DNA of 57,687 nt from positions 1-57,687 of the IMG/VR virus record IMGVR_UViG_3300045952_000066; one strand, written 5' to 3'. A model generated the notes under the pieces. The model worked only from the letters and a program-made list of their open reading frames with translations, had not been told where the DNA came from and made no database searches. A program made the position numbers and the translations under genes. This document shows, piece after piece, positions 24,870-32,716 of the stretch (positions are counted from its first letter, which is position 1; every line of letters begins with the position of its first letter). The stretch is from a virus. Its lineage: Duplodnaviria; Caudoviricetes.

Positions 24870-25855
24870 GCCGCCGCTCCTTCCTCGCCTTCGACCTCGA
24901 GGTGGCCCTGCTTGGAAGCCTTGTAGGCCGCAGAGTTGAAATAGATCCGGCGCGCGCCGGGTTTGGTGCGGGTGTAGAACTCCTCCAGCCGCTGGCGCTC
25001 TGCCGGATCTTCGATGAACTTCTGGCGCAGGGCAATCGCCATCGACTGCCAGTCGGTGACCGCACTGTCCTTGGTCTTCTTCCAGGTGAACTTGCCGCCG
25101 CCCGCCGACCAGCGCAAGCCCTCGTTGTCACCGATGGCTTCCTTCAGCCGGTTCTCCAGTAGCCGCCGATGCTCGATGAACTCGTCCTGGCAGATGCGGA
25201 GCGTCTCGTAGTCTTGCAGGACCAGGATCTCCGCGTCGGTCGCCTCGCGCAGGGGCTGGCGCTCTCGCGGGTGCCTCTGTTGCAGCCACTGCGTAGCCAC
25301 CATCGAGCCGTCGATGGGCACTTCCTCCTCGCCCACGACGTAGCGGTTCCAGGCGTTGGTCAGGCGCCGGATGACCTTCTGCTCGATCTCCGCATCGCGG
25401 TAGACGGTGAAGGTCGTCGGCGCGGCGCCGCGAAGCGAGACGGCGAAGTCCCAGCAGTCGTATTCGGAGACGGCCATGTAGACGACGGCCTGAAGCTGGT
25501 AGTAGAGCGGCGGGCCGTCCTCCCACTCGTCGCCAAACCCGGCGGCATACTTGGCGTCGACGCCGCGCCGTTCGGTCGCCACGGTGGCGTCGTAGGTCGC
25601 GACCAGCGGGTGCTCCGGATGCTTGATGGTCTGGTGCTCCAGAATCAGTTCGCACCCGTGCTGCTCCGCGTAGCTCTGGAGGATCGGCCCTTCCAGCAAC
25701 TGGCCCCAGCGCATGACCGGCGTCGGCTCCGCTGGCGGGAGCAGGCCCTTCTTCTCCGCGACGACCGCCCACAACGAGCGATAGGGACTGAGGCCCATGA
25801 CCGGCGCCGCGTCACTGCCGCCGAAGCCTTGCTTGCGAATCTCCGGATCGATCAT
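24866..25855 (-). CDS. YqaJ-like viral recombinase exonuclease
   Basis: RKQGFGGSDAAPVMGLSPY, WGQLLE, ATYDA..DAK, YQLQ. Confidence 0.9.
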   Translation of the reverse strand: MIDPEIRKQGFGGSDAAPVMGLSPYRSLWAVVAEKKGLLPPAEPTPVMRWGQLLEGPILQSYAEQHGCELILEHQTIKHPEHPLVATYDATVATERRGVDAKYAAGFGDEWEDGPPLYYQLQAVVYMAVSEYDCWDFAVSLRGAAPTTFTVYRDAEIEQKVIRRLTNAWNRYVVGEEEVPIDGSMVATQWLQQRHPRERQPLREATDAEILVLQDYETLRICQDEFIEHRRLLENRLKEAIGDNEGLRWSAGGGKFTWKKTKDSAVTDWQSMAIALRQKFIEDPAERQRLEEFYTRTKPGARRIYFNSAAYKASKQGHLEVEGEEGAAA

Positions 25856-26010
25856 CGAATCCTCTCCAGTTGCAGCCGCGCGTAGTACAGGTAGGCGCAC
25901 CGCAGGCAGGACCAGAAGCCGTCGCAGAATCGCGTGCCCAGCCGCCGATGGCAGAGATCGCAGACGTAGCGGTCTGGAACGGAGACACACGTCTCCTGTT
26001 CGGCTTGCAT
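25852..26010 (-). CDS. Small Cys-rich protein
   Basis: CDLC..CLRC; ATGA overlap. Confidence 0.55.
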   Translation of the reverse strand: MQAEQETCVSVPDRYVCDLCHRRLGTRFCDGFWSCLRCAYLYYARLQLERIR

Positions 26011-26036
26011 CGCTGGGTTCCTTTTCTGCGGAAGAA

Positions 26037-26273
26037 TTAGGCCGACACGGGCATCGGCACGGTCTGCGCCTTCTCTGCCTTGCGCTTGACCGGCTTGGGT
26101 TCCTGTTCCTGGTCACGCTTCGCCGCGATCAGTTCGTTGATCAGCCGCGCGGGCGGCACGTAGACGCCCTCGACCGACCGCCGCTTGGCGCATTCGCCCC
26201 GAAGCCATTTAAGATTGGGCTTCGTTAAAAGCACCGTGATCCTGGGCGGCACATTTTGTCTGGTATTGGACAT
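26037..26273 (-). CDS. Putative RHH (Cro/Arc-like) regulator, first early gene
   Basis: RITVLLT strand plus two helices; GAGGA RBS. Confidence 0.6.
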   Translation of the reverse strand: MSNTRQNVPPRITVLLTKPNLKWLRGECAKRRSVEGVYVPPARLINELIAAKRDQEQEPKPVKRKAEKAQTVPMPVSA

Positions 26274-26407
26274 TGATTCCTCACAAAAACGAACGCGCGA
26301 ACACACGACTACTGCACAATTGTTCGCTGTTAATTAACTTGTTCCCGCGCGACAAGTGCTGGAGGTAGGAAGGTTCTGACTTCGCTTGAATTTCGCGGCT
26401 GACTGAG

Positions 26408-26461
26408 ATCCTAATCCCGACCGGCGAATCTGTCAAGCCCCTTTTTTTAATCAATGGGTTA
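26408..26461 (-). promoter_or_regulatory. Sigma70 early promoter with upstream A-tract and consensus IHF site
   Basis: TTGACA-17-TAGGAT; AATCAATGGGTTA at 26449-26461. Confidence 0.8.
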
Positions 26462-26484
26462 GCGTGATTTTCATGAGACATTCA

Positions 26485-26651
26485 TGCGACTTTTTCTCAC
26501 ATGAAAGTCGCACGAAAGTCACACTACATCTGAGCGTGGATCTGTTTTTTTAACACGCCTACGTAGGTGTAACGACTGATCGCTTCAGGGGTAGAGGGCG
26601 TGCGCGTATCCACCGTGGCAACATCCACCGTGGCTACACGCCACGTAGGTG
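26485..26651. promoter_or_regulatory. Operator-like repeats of the immunity switch
   Basis: TGCGACTTT/AAAGTCGCA inverted repeat; ACACGCC(T)ACGTAGGTG twice; ATCCACCGTGGCWAC twice. Confidence 0.55.
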
Positions 26652-26671
26652 ATGTAGCCTTTTTAGCAGAG

Positions 26672-26941
26672 ATGAAAGAGCCGTCTGAGGCGGCGCTCCG
26701 GGTGGCGTTTGGGAAGGCCATCCGACAACTGAGGCATGACCGCAAATTGGCGCAGGAGAACTTGGCCGCATTGGCCCAACTGGATCGGGCATACATGGGA
26801 GGGCTGGAACGCGGGAAGCACGCTCCGACGATTATCACGGTTCGCAAGATCGCACATGGCCTGCGAATCACCCCAGCCCATATCATGCGTGAGTGGGAGC
26901 GGCATGTGAAGTATCCGCCGAACAACAACGCGAACACGTAG
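26672..26941 (+). CDS. XRE-family HTH repressor
   Basis: FGKAIRQLR..LAQENLA..LDRAYMGGLERGKHAPTI; divergent from the early promoter. Confidence 0.9.
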   Translation: MKEPSEAALRVAFGKAIRQLRHDRKLAQENLAALAQLDRAYMGGLERGKHAPTIITVRKIAHGLRITPAHIMREWERHVKYPPNNNANT

Positions 26942-27001
26942 CGTTCGTCCCTCCCCCCCCCATCGACCGGGGCCTTGCGGCCCCGGCGCTATTGGTGTCC
27001 T

Positions 27002-27424
27002 TCAGAAGAGCTTGTTGACGATGCTCTCGACGGCAGTCTGCAAGCCAGCATCGCTGACGCCGGTCCCGTCGATCTGCACGGCAGGCGTCATCACCACGGC
27101 TGGCTGAAGCTCCGTGGCTTCCATGTCTGGCTGCTTCATGGTCGCATAGGCCCATGTCGTGCGCGTCTTGTGCGCGGCGGTCGTGATCGGCTCGTTGAGG
27201 ATGTAGTCGGCATATTTCAGGCAGGCCACCTTGATCCGGCCCCGGAAGATCGAGTCCGTCATGAGCATGGCGCTCTGCTCATACGTCAGAACGTCCTGCG
27301 GCGTCGGCGTCGGCGGCGTCGTTGTCGGCGTGGTCGGCGGCGTGGTTGGCGGCGTTGTCGGTGTCATCGGTTTCTCTCCTTTGAAAAGTCTCAGTATCGC
27401 GATCACAAAACTCTTGAGGACCAT
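27002..27424 (-). CDS. Hypothetical virion-module protein (alternative start 27367)
   Basis: PT-rich N-terminus; FRGRIKVA..SDAGLQTAVES. Confidence 0.7.
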   Translation of the reverse strand: MVLKSFVIAILRLFKGEKPMTPTTPPTTPPTTPTTTPPTPTPQDVLTYEQSAMLMTDSIFRGRIKVACLKYADYILNEPITTAAHKTRTTWAYATMKQPDMEATELQPAVVMTPAVQIDGTGVSDAGLQTAVESIVNKLF

Positions 27425-27433
27425 TCCTCCTCC

Positions 27434-28201
27434 TCAGTAGCGCGGCCTTCGCACGCGCTCCCACAGATGCTCTGGCGGCGTCCCGACGCCGCGACTCGCG
27501 ACCCTCACCTTGGAAGATCCGGAGCCGACGAAGCGCAACGACGCCGATCCCGAGGAGGCCACCATCACATGACTGCGGCCCTCGTCCCAGATGAAGATCA
27601 ACTCCGCGAGGCCGGTGGACGCCACCCGCACTTTGCTCTCGCCCAGAGCGAGGATCGCCTGCGGCGTGTACGTGCCTGCGCCGCCGGATGCGATGCGGAC
27701 GGCTGACGCGCCGGTCCCGATGAAGGCCATCGCGCCCGCGCCGCCGGATGCGACCAGGACGGTCGATGCGCCGGTCCCGCTGAAGACCAGGAAGCCCGCG
27801 CCGACCGACGCAGTGCCAATCGAGCTTGCGCCGTCGCCCGTGCGCGGGAGCGGAGTGTACTCGCCTGCGCCACCGGAGCCGACAGAGATCATACTGTCGC
27901 CCCAGCCGAAGCGTGGAGCGTAGTTGATCCCCTCGCCGGTCGATCCGACGAAGACGGTGGAGAGGCCCGCCCCACTGCCAAGGTCCATCTCCCCGGCGCC
28001 GGATGAGCCGACGAGAACGGTAGCGGTCCCGATTCCGATCAGGCCAATGTCAGGACCGAAGCCGCCCTCTCCGAAGCCGCCCTCTCCGTATACGGCTTCC
28101 ATGAAGATGATCGTGAGCAGATCTTCCTGGCTGAGAAATTGGCCGACGCCGCTCTCCGCGACCAGGACACCGGACGATCCTGCTCCAACGACATCCGCCA
28201 T
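27434..28201 (-). CDS. Gly/Ser-rich beta-repeat protein
   Basis: About nine GxGxSxVxVxSxGxG repeats. Confidence 0.75.
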   Translation of the reverse strand: MADVVGAGSSGVLVAESGVGQFLSQEDLLTIIFMEAVYGEGGFGEGGFGPDIGLIGIGTATVLVGSSGAGEMDLGSGAGLSTVFVGSTGEGINYAPRFGWGDSMISVGSGGAGEYTPLPRTGDGASSIGTASVGAGFLVFSGTGASTVLVASGGAGAMAFIGTGASAVRIASGGAGTYTPQAILALGESKVRVASTGLAELIFIWDEGRSHVMVASSGSASLRFVGSGSSKVRVASRGVGTPPEHLWERVRRPRY

Positions 28202-28210
28202 CGTGATCCT

Positions 28211-29122
28211 CTATTTGCCTGTCACTACTGCGTCCTTGGCTTTTTGCAGAGCCGCTTCCGCCGCCGCGAGATTCGCCCGCGCCTTCTGCACGTCTGGCGT
28301 GGGGTAAGCGTCGAGAACCGGCGCCAGCGTCCGCTGAATGTTCGCGGCGAAGTAGCTCCACCAGTCGGGATACTTGTAGAGCGGCTTCCCGGTGGCGTCG
28401 AGGCCCGCCCGCTCGTACTCCACCATGAATTTCTGGATCGACGCGATCACCTCTGCCGGGACCGTGAAGCACCGTTGCGTCTTGTTGATCTCCGCGCAGA
28501 CCTTTGTCGGCGTCGGCGGCGGGTACGGCCCCTGCTCCGACTGGATGGTGATATTGATGATCGCCTGCGCCTTCTGCCCGCCGCTATCGCCCACCACTAC
28601 CGATACCGGCGCGTTGGTGACCGGCGCAGTGGGAGTCCCGCTGATCACTTCGCCGTTGAGCGCCAGTCCTGGGGGCATGACTTGATTGGCGACTAGCGCC
28701 CACGTATACGGCTCCGCGCCGCCCGCTGCGGTGAGCGTCAGCATGAACGCTTTCCCGACCATCCCCGGCATCGGATTGCGTGGCGCGGTGACCGTGAGGA
28801 CTTCCTGTATCCGCAACGAGACGCGGATCTGCCCGGTGCGCTGCGGATTGCTGGAGTCGGTGACCATCGGAAAGACATCCATCATGAAGCTCTGAGTCGG
28901 CGTGCCGGATATTGTCGCCACGCCGTTCACCGTGTTCCCCAGCGCGAGGCCGGAAGGCAATCCCGATACGGTCCACTTGTGAGGCGCAGTGCCGTCTTTC
29001 ACCCACAACTCGATCTTCATGGGCATCCCGACGACGCCGATTGGATTGCCCGTGAACCCGGCATTGTTCAGCGGTGTCTGCGCGTAAGCGGCGACTGCCG
29101 CAAAGACGAGCCATAGTTTCAT
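28211..29122 (-). CDS. Signal peptide, two putative Ig domains and a chaperone-like C-terminal domain
   Basis: MKLWLVFAAVAAYA|Q; GLPSGLAL..ISGTPT twice; C-terminus homologous to 32327..32716. Confidence 0.8.
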   Translation of the reverse strand: MKLWLVFAAVAAYAQTPLNNAGFTGNPIGVVGMPMKIELWVKDGTAPHKWTVSGLPSGLALGNTVNGVATISGTPTQSFMMDVFPMVTDSSNPQRTGQIRVSLRIQEVLTVTAPRNPMPGMVGKAFMLTLTAAGGAEPYTWALVANQVMPPGLALNGEVISGTPTAPVTNAPVSVVVGDSGGQKAQAIINITIQSEQGPYPPPTPTKVCAEINKTQRCFTVPAEVIASIQKFMVEYERAGLDATGKPLYKYPDWWSYFAANIQRTLAPVLDAYPTPDVQKARANLAAAEAALQKAKDAVVTGK

Positions 29123-29130
29123 AGAGCCTC

Positions 29131-30273
29131 TCAGTAATTCGTTACTTGGGGCCGACTGCGGAGGTAGCCGGTCTGGTAGTATGTCCAACCGGCTGCAAGC
29201 CCTCCGTTATCGACCACGTACACGTAGCCGTGCAATGGCGGTCTGCTCAGTTGGAACGGCTTGAACATGATCCGCACCACAGCGGTCACGTCGGTGCCCG
29301 ACTTGGAGAAGTAGCTGCTTGGCGTGTCCACCTGACAGGTGATGTTCTGCGGGTAATTGCCCGTTCCCATCGTGATCGCTCCCTGCCAGCCGCCGCCGTC
29401 GCCCGACAGGTGGAAGTAGTTGCCGTTGGGGTACATCAGGAAGTAGCAGGCTTGGTTGGCGTCGACGCCGTTGTTGATCAGGATGTGCATGTAGTTGATG
29501 TTTCCGTAGCCGTCCGCGTCCCTGACCGTGGCGCTGACGTAGAACCAAGTGTTATAGGCGACGTTGGCCGGGATGCCGCTCAGACCGATGGTCTGCGGCG
29601 TATTGTTCACGGTGTAGGTGATCTCGACCCTGCCAGCAATCCCGGCATTTCCTCCGCTCTCGCCGTTTCCACCCTGACATCCGCCGCCTGGAGCAGCACA
29701 TGCAGGGTTAAACCCGCTACCCTGGTTGTTCGAGCCGCCGCCGCTGCCGCCCCAGCCGCCGCAACCATCGCCCCAGTCGCATGTTTCTCCCTGGTTGCCT
29801 TGCTGGCCGCTTTGCCTGAAGTCGCCGGTGCTGGTGTTATACGAGCCGCCGCCGCCGCCGCCGCCCGAACCCCAGCCGCCCTCGTTCTGATGGTTGAACC
29901 ACCCGCCGCCGCCGCCGTACCCACCGTCCGCTACGCAGTGCGATCCAAAAGAAGAGTCGCCGGAGTCACCGCCGTTTGATCTTGGAGATCCTGCGCCGCC
30001 GCCGCCGCCGACCGTGACTGTGATTTGCTGGCCCGCCGATACTGCGATGCTGTTCCTGACAGCGTATGCGCCGCCGCCTCCCCCTCCTCCGCCGCCGCAC
30101 CGCTGGCTCTCGCAGAACCCGCCGCCGCCGCCGCCGCCCGCGCCCCAGCATTTCGCCTGGATGGCCGTCACGCCGGAAGGCACGGTGAAGGTCGTTGAAC
30201 CCGGTGTATTCCACGTCTGCGTCACGCCGAAGGCCGACGCCGCGAATAGAAGAAGCGTTGTCAGTAGTCTCAT
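29131..30273 (-). CDS. Signal peptide, glycine-rich domain and Acidobacteria-type surface domain
   Basis: MRLLTTLLLFAASAFG|; FTVPSGVT..CWGAGGGG; DADG..ILINN..ACY..CQVD. Confidence 0.8.
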   Translation of the reverse strand: MRLLTTLLLFAASAFGVTQTWNTPGSTTFTVPSGVTAIQAKCWGAGGGGGGGFCESQRCGGGGGGGGGAYAVRNSIAVSAGQQITVTVGGGGGAGSPRSNGGDSGDSSFGSHCVADGGYGGGGGWFNHQNEGGWGSGGGGGGGSYNTSTGDFRQSGQQGNQGETCDWGDGCGGWGGSGGGSNNQGSGFNPACAAPGGGCQGGNGESGGNAGIAGRVEITYTVNNTPQTIGLSGIPANVAYNTWFYVSATVRDADGYGNINYMHILINNGVDANQACYFLMYPNGNYFHLSGDGGGWQGAITMGTGNYPQNITCQVDTPSSYFSKSGTDVTAVVRIMFKPFQLSRPPLHGYVYVVDNGGLAAGWTYYQTGYLRSRPQVTNY

Positions 30274-30278
30274 GCTGG

Positions 30279-31898
30279 TCACCAGTTTGTGTAGTAGCGG
30301 TAGCCGATCCGGATGGACTTGGCAGAGCCGCTGATCACGTAGGCTCCGACGAACATCCCGACCGGGATGACGTGGTAGCCGTTGTTGATGTTTGTGGACT
30401 GCGACCCATTGCACGCGAGGTTGCCGTTGATGAAGTCGCCGCCGTCGTTGCGCCGCAGATTGATCGTGGCGTCGTTGGTGTCCGACCAGCACTGCACCTG
30501 ATCGATGACGCTCTGCACGTTCTGCGGCTGGAAGACGCCCCAGACGACCACGCCGGTCTGGAGCGCGAGGTACGGATCGTTGAGAGCGAACGAGCCGGTC
30601 CAGCGGCGCACGTTCACGACCTGTCGGGCCGCGTTGTCGAGACTGCCGTAGCGATAGAATCCATCGCCACTGTTCACAACAAAGCTGGAGATAGCCGGGT
30701 TCTCGATACCGTTGCTGGAGTTGAAGTAGCCACCCATGATGTAGCCGTTGCCCTGCGTGCGGACAACCTTGTTGGCTTCATTGTTGGTGCCACCGTGAAC
30801 GACCAGCCCACCCACGGCATTCGCGTTGTCGGCGGTATCCACCAGCCCGTTCTGGCCCGCATCGCAGGACGTTGCCCAGGAACCGGAGCAGCCGACCTCG
30901 AACATGCGGACACCCGCTCCCGTCGCGTTGTTGAGAAACGCAGGCTTCCCGGTCACGCCGGTATACGGCACGCTTCCCGCGCTCCCCGCGCTCCCTGATG
31001 CGTTGCCGGTGATGTGAATGGTATAGGTCCCGGTGAGAGCATCAGCGGCGCCCTGAACGTGTGAACTGGCGTGCGCGGACGGAGCGAACGTCGCGGGCTT
31101 GCCGCTGACGCCGGTCCACGGCACTGCGGTCGCGTTGGTGGCATTGGTCGCGTTGGTGGCGGTCGTGGCCGTCGCCGCGTTGCCGCTGATCCCGATGCTG
31201 TACGTGCCGCTGGTGATCTTGCTGGAGTAGTCGCCCACCGTCGAGAGGTCCGCGACCGGGTGTGTGTGCGCGGATGGCGTGAAGGTCGATGGGACGCCGC
31301 TCAGTTTTCCCCACGCGAGGCCGGTGATCCATGCGGGATTGTTGTAGCTTCCCGTCGTGTAGACGCCGTTGGTGACGGTGTCCGCGTTGCCAGCGAGAGG
31401 CCCGCTGAATCCCGTAGCCGTGATGGTCCCGGCGAACACGTTGCTCCGCGTCAGGAGCGCCGTGTTCAGAAAGCCCGCGCCCAGCCCGTTCTGGATCGCC
31501 TTCACTTCAGCGGCTAGCTGGTTGTGATAGTTCTCGTCGTTGAGGATCTGGACCGGCGTCCCGTTGGCGTGCGCCCGCGCCGGTCCATGTATGCCGCGCC
31601 CGCCCGCGCAGACGGTGACCGTAGCCCCCGACGCAGAGCAGATCTTGATCACCTCTGCGGTCGTGCCGCTCCCCAGCGTGTAGTACGCGGGAGCGCAGAA
31701 CGTGACGCCGCTGGCGACGGAGAACGACAGGACCGAATCGTTGATCCCTCCGTCCAGCGTCGAGCGGGCGCTATTGCACGCCACGCCCAGCGTGGTGTCG
31801 GTGGCGACGGACGCAGGGAACGCCGCCGGTCGCGGGTTCCCGTTCTGTTGCGCGAGGACGATGCACGCGCAGAGAAACACGGAGAGGAGTTGTCGCAT
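30279..31898 (-). CDS. Signal-peptide-bearing tail-fibre-like protein
   Basis: MRQLLSVFLCACIVLA|Q; VPSTFTPSAHTH, GNAATATTATNA, NKVVRTQGNGYI. Confidence 0.8.
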   Translation of the reverse strand: MRQLLSVFLCACIVLAQQNGNPRPAAFPASVATDTTLGVACNSARSTLDGGINDSVLSFSVASGVTFCAPAYYTLGSGTTAEVIKICSASGATVTVCAGGRGIHGPARAHANGTPVQILNDENYHNQLAAEVKAIQNGLGAGFLNTALLTRSNVFAGTITATGFSGPLAGNADTVTNGVYTTGSYNNPAWITGLAWGKLSGVPSTFTPSAHTHPVADLSTVGDYSSKITSGTYSIGISGNAATATTATNATNATNATAVPWTGVSGKPATFAPSAHASSHVQGAADALTGTYTIHITGNASGSAGSAGSVPYTGVTGKPAFLNNATGAGVRMFEVGCSGSWATSCDAGQNGLVDTADNANAVGGLVVHGGTNNEANKVVRTQGNGYIMGGYFNSSNGIENPAISSFVVNSGDGFYRYGSLDNAARQVVNVRRWTGSFALNDPYLALQTGVVVWGVFQPQNVQSVIDQVQCWSDTNDATINLRRNDGGDFINGNLACNGSQSTNINNGYHVIPVGMFVGAYVISGSAKSIRIGYRYYTNW

Positions 31899-32308
31899 TA
31901 CTGGCCTGCTTTCAGAACCGTGAACGAATAGCTGTTGATGGACACCTTCGCATTGACCTGGATGTCGATGCTATTCAGATTGAGGTTGAAGCCCGCGCCG
32001 ACGCCGACCGTTCCATCGAAGACCGGGGCGCCGCCCGACGTGAAGAACCGACACCAGGATGCCTGCCCGGTCGCCACCGCAGTGCCGTCCGCGATTGGGT
32101 TGGCGGCGGCTACACCTCCAGCGGCGCCGCCGAATGCGGGATTCCCAAGAGCGTGGCTGGAGAGCAGGACCTGGCCGGTGATTGCAGTGTCGCCGTTCGC
32201 CGGTTTCGCGCCGTCGTAGATCTTGAGCGTGCCGCCGTTGCATTGCGTCAGACCGGCGTTCGCCATCGCGTTCGCCATCGCATCGGTGATTTGAGTGTCG
32301 AGTGCCAT
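31898..32308 (-). CDS. Conserved phage virion protein
   Basis: LKIYDGAKPA..TGQASWCRF..FDGTVG. Confidence 0.75.
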   Translation of the reverse strand: MALDTQITDAMANAMANAGLTQCNGGTLKIYDGAKPANGDTAITGQVLLSSHALGNPAFGGAAGGVAAANPIADGTAVATGQASWCRFFTSGGAPVFDGTVGVGAGFNLNLNSIDIQVNAKVSINSYSFTVLKAGQ

Positions 32309-32326
32309 GTTGGTTCTCCTGTTTGA

Positions 32327-32716
32327 TTAGCCCTGCGGTGTCACCGGCAATTGCGGTGGCGGCGTCGGAGCCGGTGGCGTCGGAGCCGGTGGCGTCGGAG
32401 CCGGTGGCGTCTGGGCTGGCGGCGCCGGGGCCGGTGGAGTTCCGCCGACGCGCTTTGGCCGCGCCATGTCTTTAATCTCTTTCTCGATCTTCTGCGCCGC
32501 TTCCAACTGTGCGCGGAGTGATGGCGGCGGGTACTGCTTTACGACTTGGTGAATGGTTTGGTGAACGGCGTCTTCGATAAAGGCGTCTGGTGTCGGATAG
32601 AGCTTGGTCATGACTTGAGCGCCGGTAACCGGATCGTTGGTGACGCGGATCTGCGTGGCGATGTACTGCTCGATGCTCCAGACCACGTCCTGCGGAATGT
32701 CTAGGACGATCTGCAT
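32327..32716 (-). CDS. Putative fibre assembly chaperone with Pro-rich tail
   Basis: GAGGAG RBS; follows the fibre gene; TPPAP repeats. Confidence 0.7.
   Translation of the reverse strand: MQIVLDIPQDVVWSIEQYIATQIRVTNDPVTGAQVMTKLYPTPDAFIEDAVHQTIHQVVKQYPPPSLRAQLEAAQKIEKEIKDMARPKRVGGTPPAPAPPAQTPPAPTPPAPTPPAPTPPPQLPVTPQG

Noticed and set aside
32350-32440. 15-bp tandem repeats
   Set aside because: Explained by the TPPAP coding repeat
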